NCBI GenBank assembly: GCA_963800895.1
Contig: CAWDDA010000016.1
Coordinates: 45,901 to 109,900 of the forward strand
Direction: 5' to 3'
Length of the DNA stretch: 64,000 nucleotides
DNA from: an uncultured Acidobacteriota bacterium
GTDB lineage: Bacteria; Acidobacteriota; Blastocatellia; RBC074
Shown here: positions 63,298 through 64,000 of the stretch, one piece after another
Layout of the letters: each line of letters begins with the position of its first letter
Position numbering within the stretch: position 1 is the stretch's first letter
Notes under the pieces: model-generated
What the model saw: the letters and a program-made list of their open reading frames with translations, nothing else
Databases searched by the model: none
Told to the model about the DNA's origin: nothing
Made by a program: the position numbers and the translations under genes

Positions 63298-64000
63298 TCA
63301 GAGAGTCAATTCGGCCATTGTTCGAATGGTTGAAACGTTAGTTGTAGCGCAGTTGAGCGTCTTGACCCCGCTTGATCGCCATACGGAAAGCCTCTCTGCA
63401 ATCCGCTCGCGCGGGCCGCAAAGCGCTACTTCGTCTACAAGCGCGTCGGGAACCGCCATGACAGCCTCTTTCTTCTTTCCTTCAAGATAGAGGTCCTGAA
63501 TCGTGCGAGCTGCGTCTTCATAGCCGTAGCGGCACGCAATGTTGAAGTAGAAGTTCTTCTCTCTCGCGCCCATTCCGCCTACATACAATGCCAGGTGAGG
63601 TTTGACGGCATTGCGGCACGCGTCTATATCATCACCGATCACAACGCTCAGAGTGGGCGCAATGTCGAACGCCAGGCGATCCTTTCCACCGCCCGCTTTA
63701 GAAAAGCCTTCGTCCAGCCACTCGTTGAAGACATTCATCCGATCGGGAGAAAAGAAGACGGGCAGCCAGCCGTCGGCTATCTCGGCAGCAAGTGAAACAT
63801 TCTTCGGCCCGACAGCAGCAAGATAGATGGGAATGCTCGGCCTGAGGGGATGAATGATCAGCTTGAGTGGTTTGCCGAGACCCGTGCCGCCGCTGACTGG
63901 AATGTCATAGTACTCGCCGTGATGCTCGAGCGGGCGCTCGCGAGCAAGCACCGTTCGAACGATCTCGACATACTCGCGCGTGCGCTGCAGCGGTTTTCCG
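63298..64000 (-). CDS. LLM-class (luciferase-like) F420-dependent oxidoreductase, 5'-partial (runs off window)
   Basis: …[24 protein letters not shown]…[13 protein letters not shown]…; reading frame open to window edge. Confidence 0.6.
   Translation of the reverse strand, partial: GKPLQRTREYVEIVRTVLARERPLEHHGEYYDIPVSGGTGLGKPLKLIIHPLRPSIPIYLAAVGPKNVSLAAEIADGWLPVFFSPDRMNVFNEWLDEGFSKAGGGKDRLAFDIAPTLSVVIGDDIDACRNAVKPHLALYVGGMGAREKNFYFNIACRYGYEDAARTIQDLYLEGKKKEAVMAVPDALVDEVALCGPRERIAERLSVWRSSGVKTLNCATTNVSTIRTMAELTL

Overview
This is a GC-rich bacterial chromosomal segment of about 64 kb. It is most consistent with an Acidobacterium, because it carries two secreted VWA proteins with the TIGR03436-type C-terminal domain (LAExTGG...YxLxY) that is characteristic of that phylum.

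Layout of the window:
- 154..19491, all on the + strand: a large surface-glycan (EPS/O-antigen-like) biosynthesis locus. It contains four GT2 enzymes, one divergent GT-A-like protein, three GT4 enzymes, a Wzy/O-antigen-ligase-like polymerase, a secreted 505-aa unknown protein, an AsnB-type amidotransferase, a bi-domain ADH+Gfo/Idh/MocA oxidoreductase, a heparinase II/III-like protein, and a WecA/MraY-family initiating phosphoglycosyl transferase with a C-terminal extension.
- 19495..28266: a divergent YkgJ-family / YdeP-like molybdopterin oxidoreductase pair, a CPBP protease, two tandem paralogous GT-C-fold (ArnT/PMT-like) membrane proteins, a DUF167 protein, an AraC regulator and a secreted DUF protein.
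- 28635..39718: IscS and a NifU-like scaffold, GlcE/GlcF-like oxidase subunits, a membrane protein with an ABC ATPase, an MBL hydrolase, a VWA protein, and purB-purS.
- 40184..42596: an AT-rich island carrying a SEFIR/TIR-like coiled-coil protein, co-oriented with an Acidobacterial VWA protein and an FmdB zinc-ribbon protein.
- 42720..49880: a CYTH protein, a nucleotidyltransferase with an APH-family kinase (AmgK/MurU-like), AsnRS, a methyltransferase, an arginase and Ddl.
- 49965..51742, - strand: a partial atpI-B-E operon.
- 51958..58437, - strand: a permease and an Att-like ABC exporter with an AttH/CrtC-domain protein.
- 58612..60339: CtaA and a TPR protein.
- 60395..64000: an F420 module with cofE-cofD-cofC followed by two F420-dependent oxidoreductases.

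Two features affect the whole window:
- A dense population of mosaic palindromic (REP/BIME-like) repeats of at least 8 families sits in nearly every intergenic gap. Some units supply stop codons or C-terminal residues to genes, and one lies in-frame inside a coding sequence.
- Conserved genes carry at least 14 apparent +/-1 frameshifts, which suggests indel-rich sequence or pseudogenes.

I found no rRNA, tRNA or CRISPR array.
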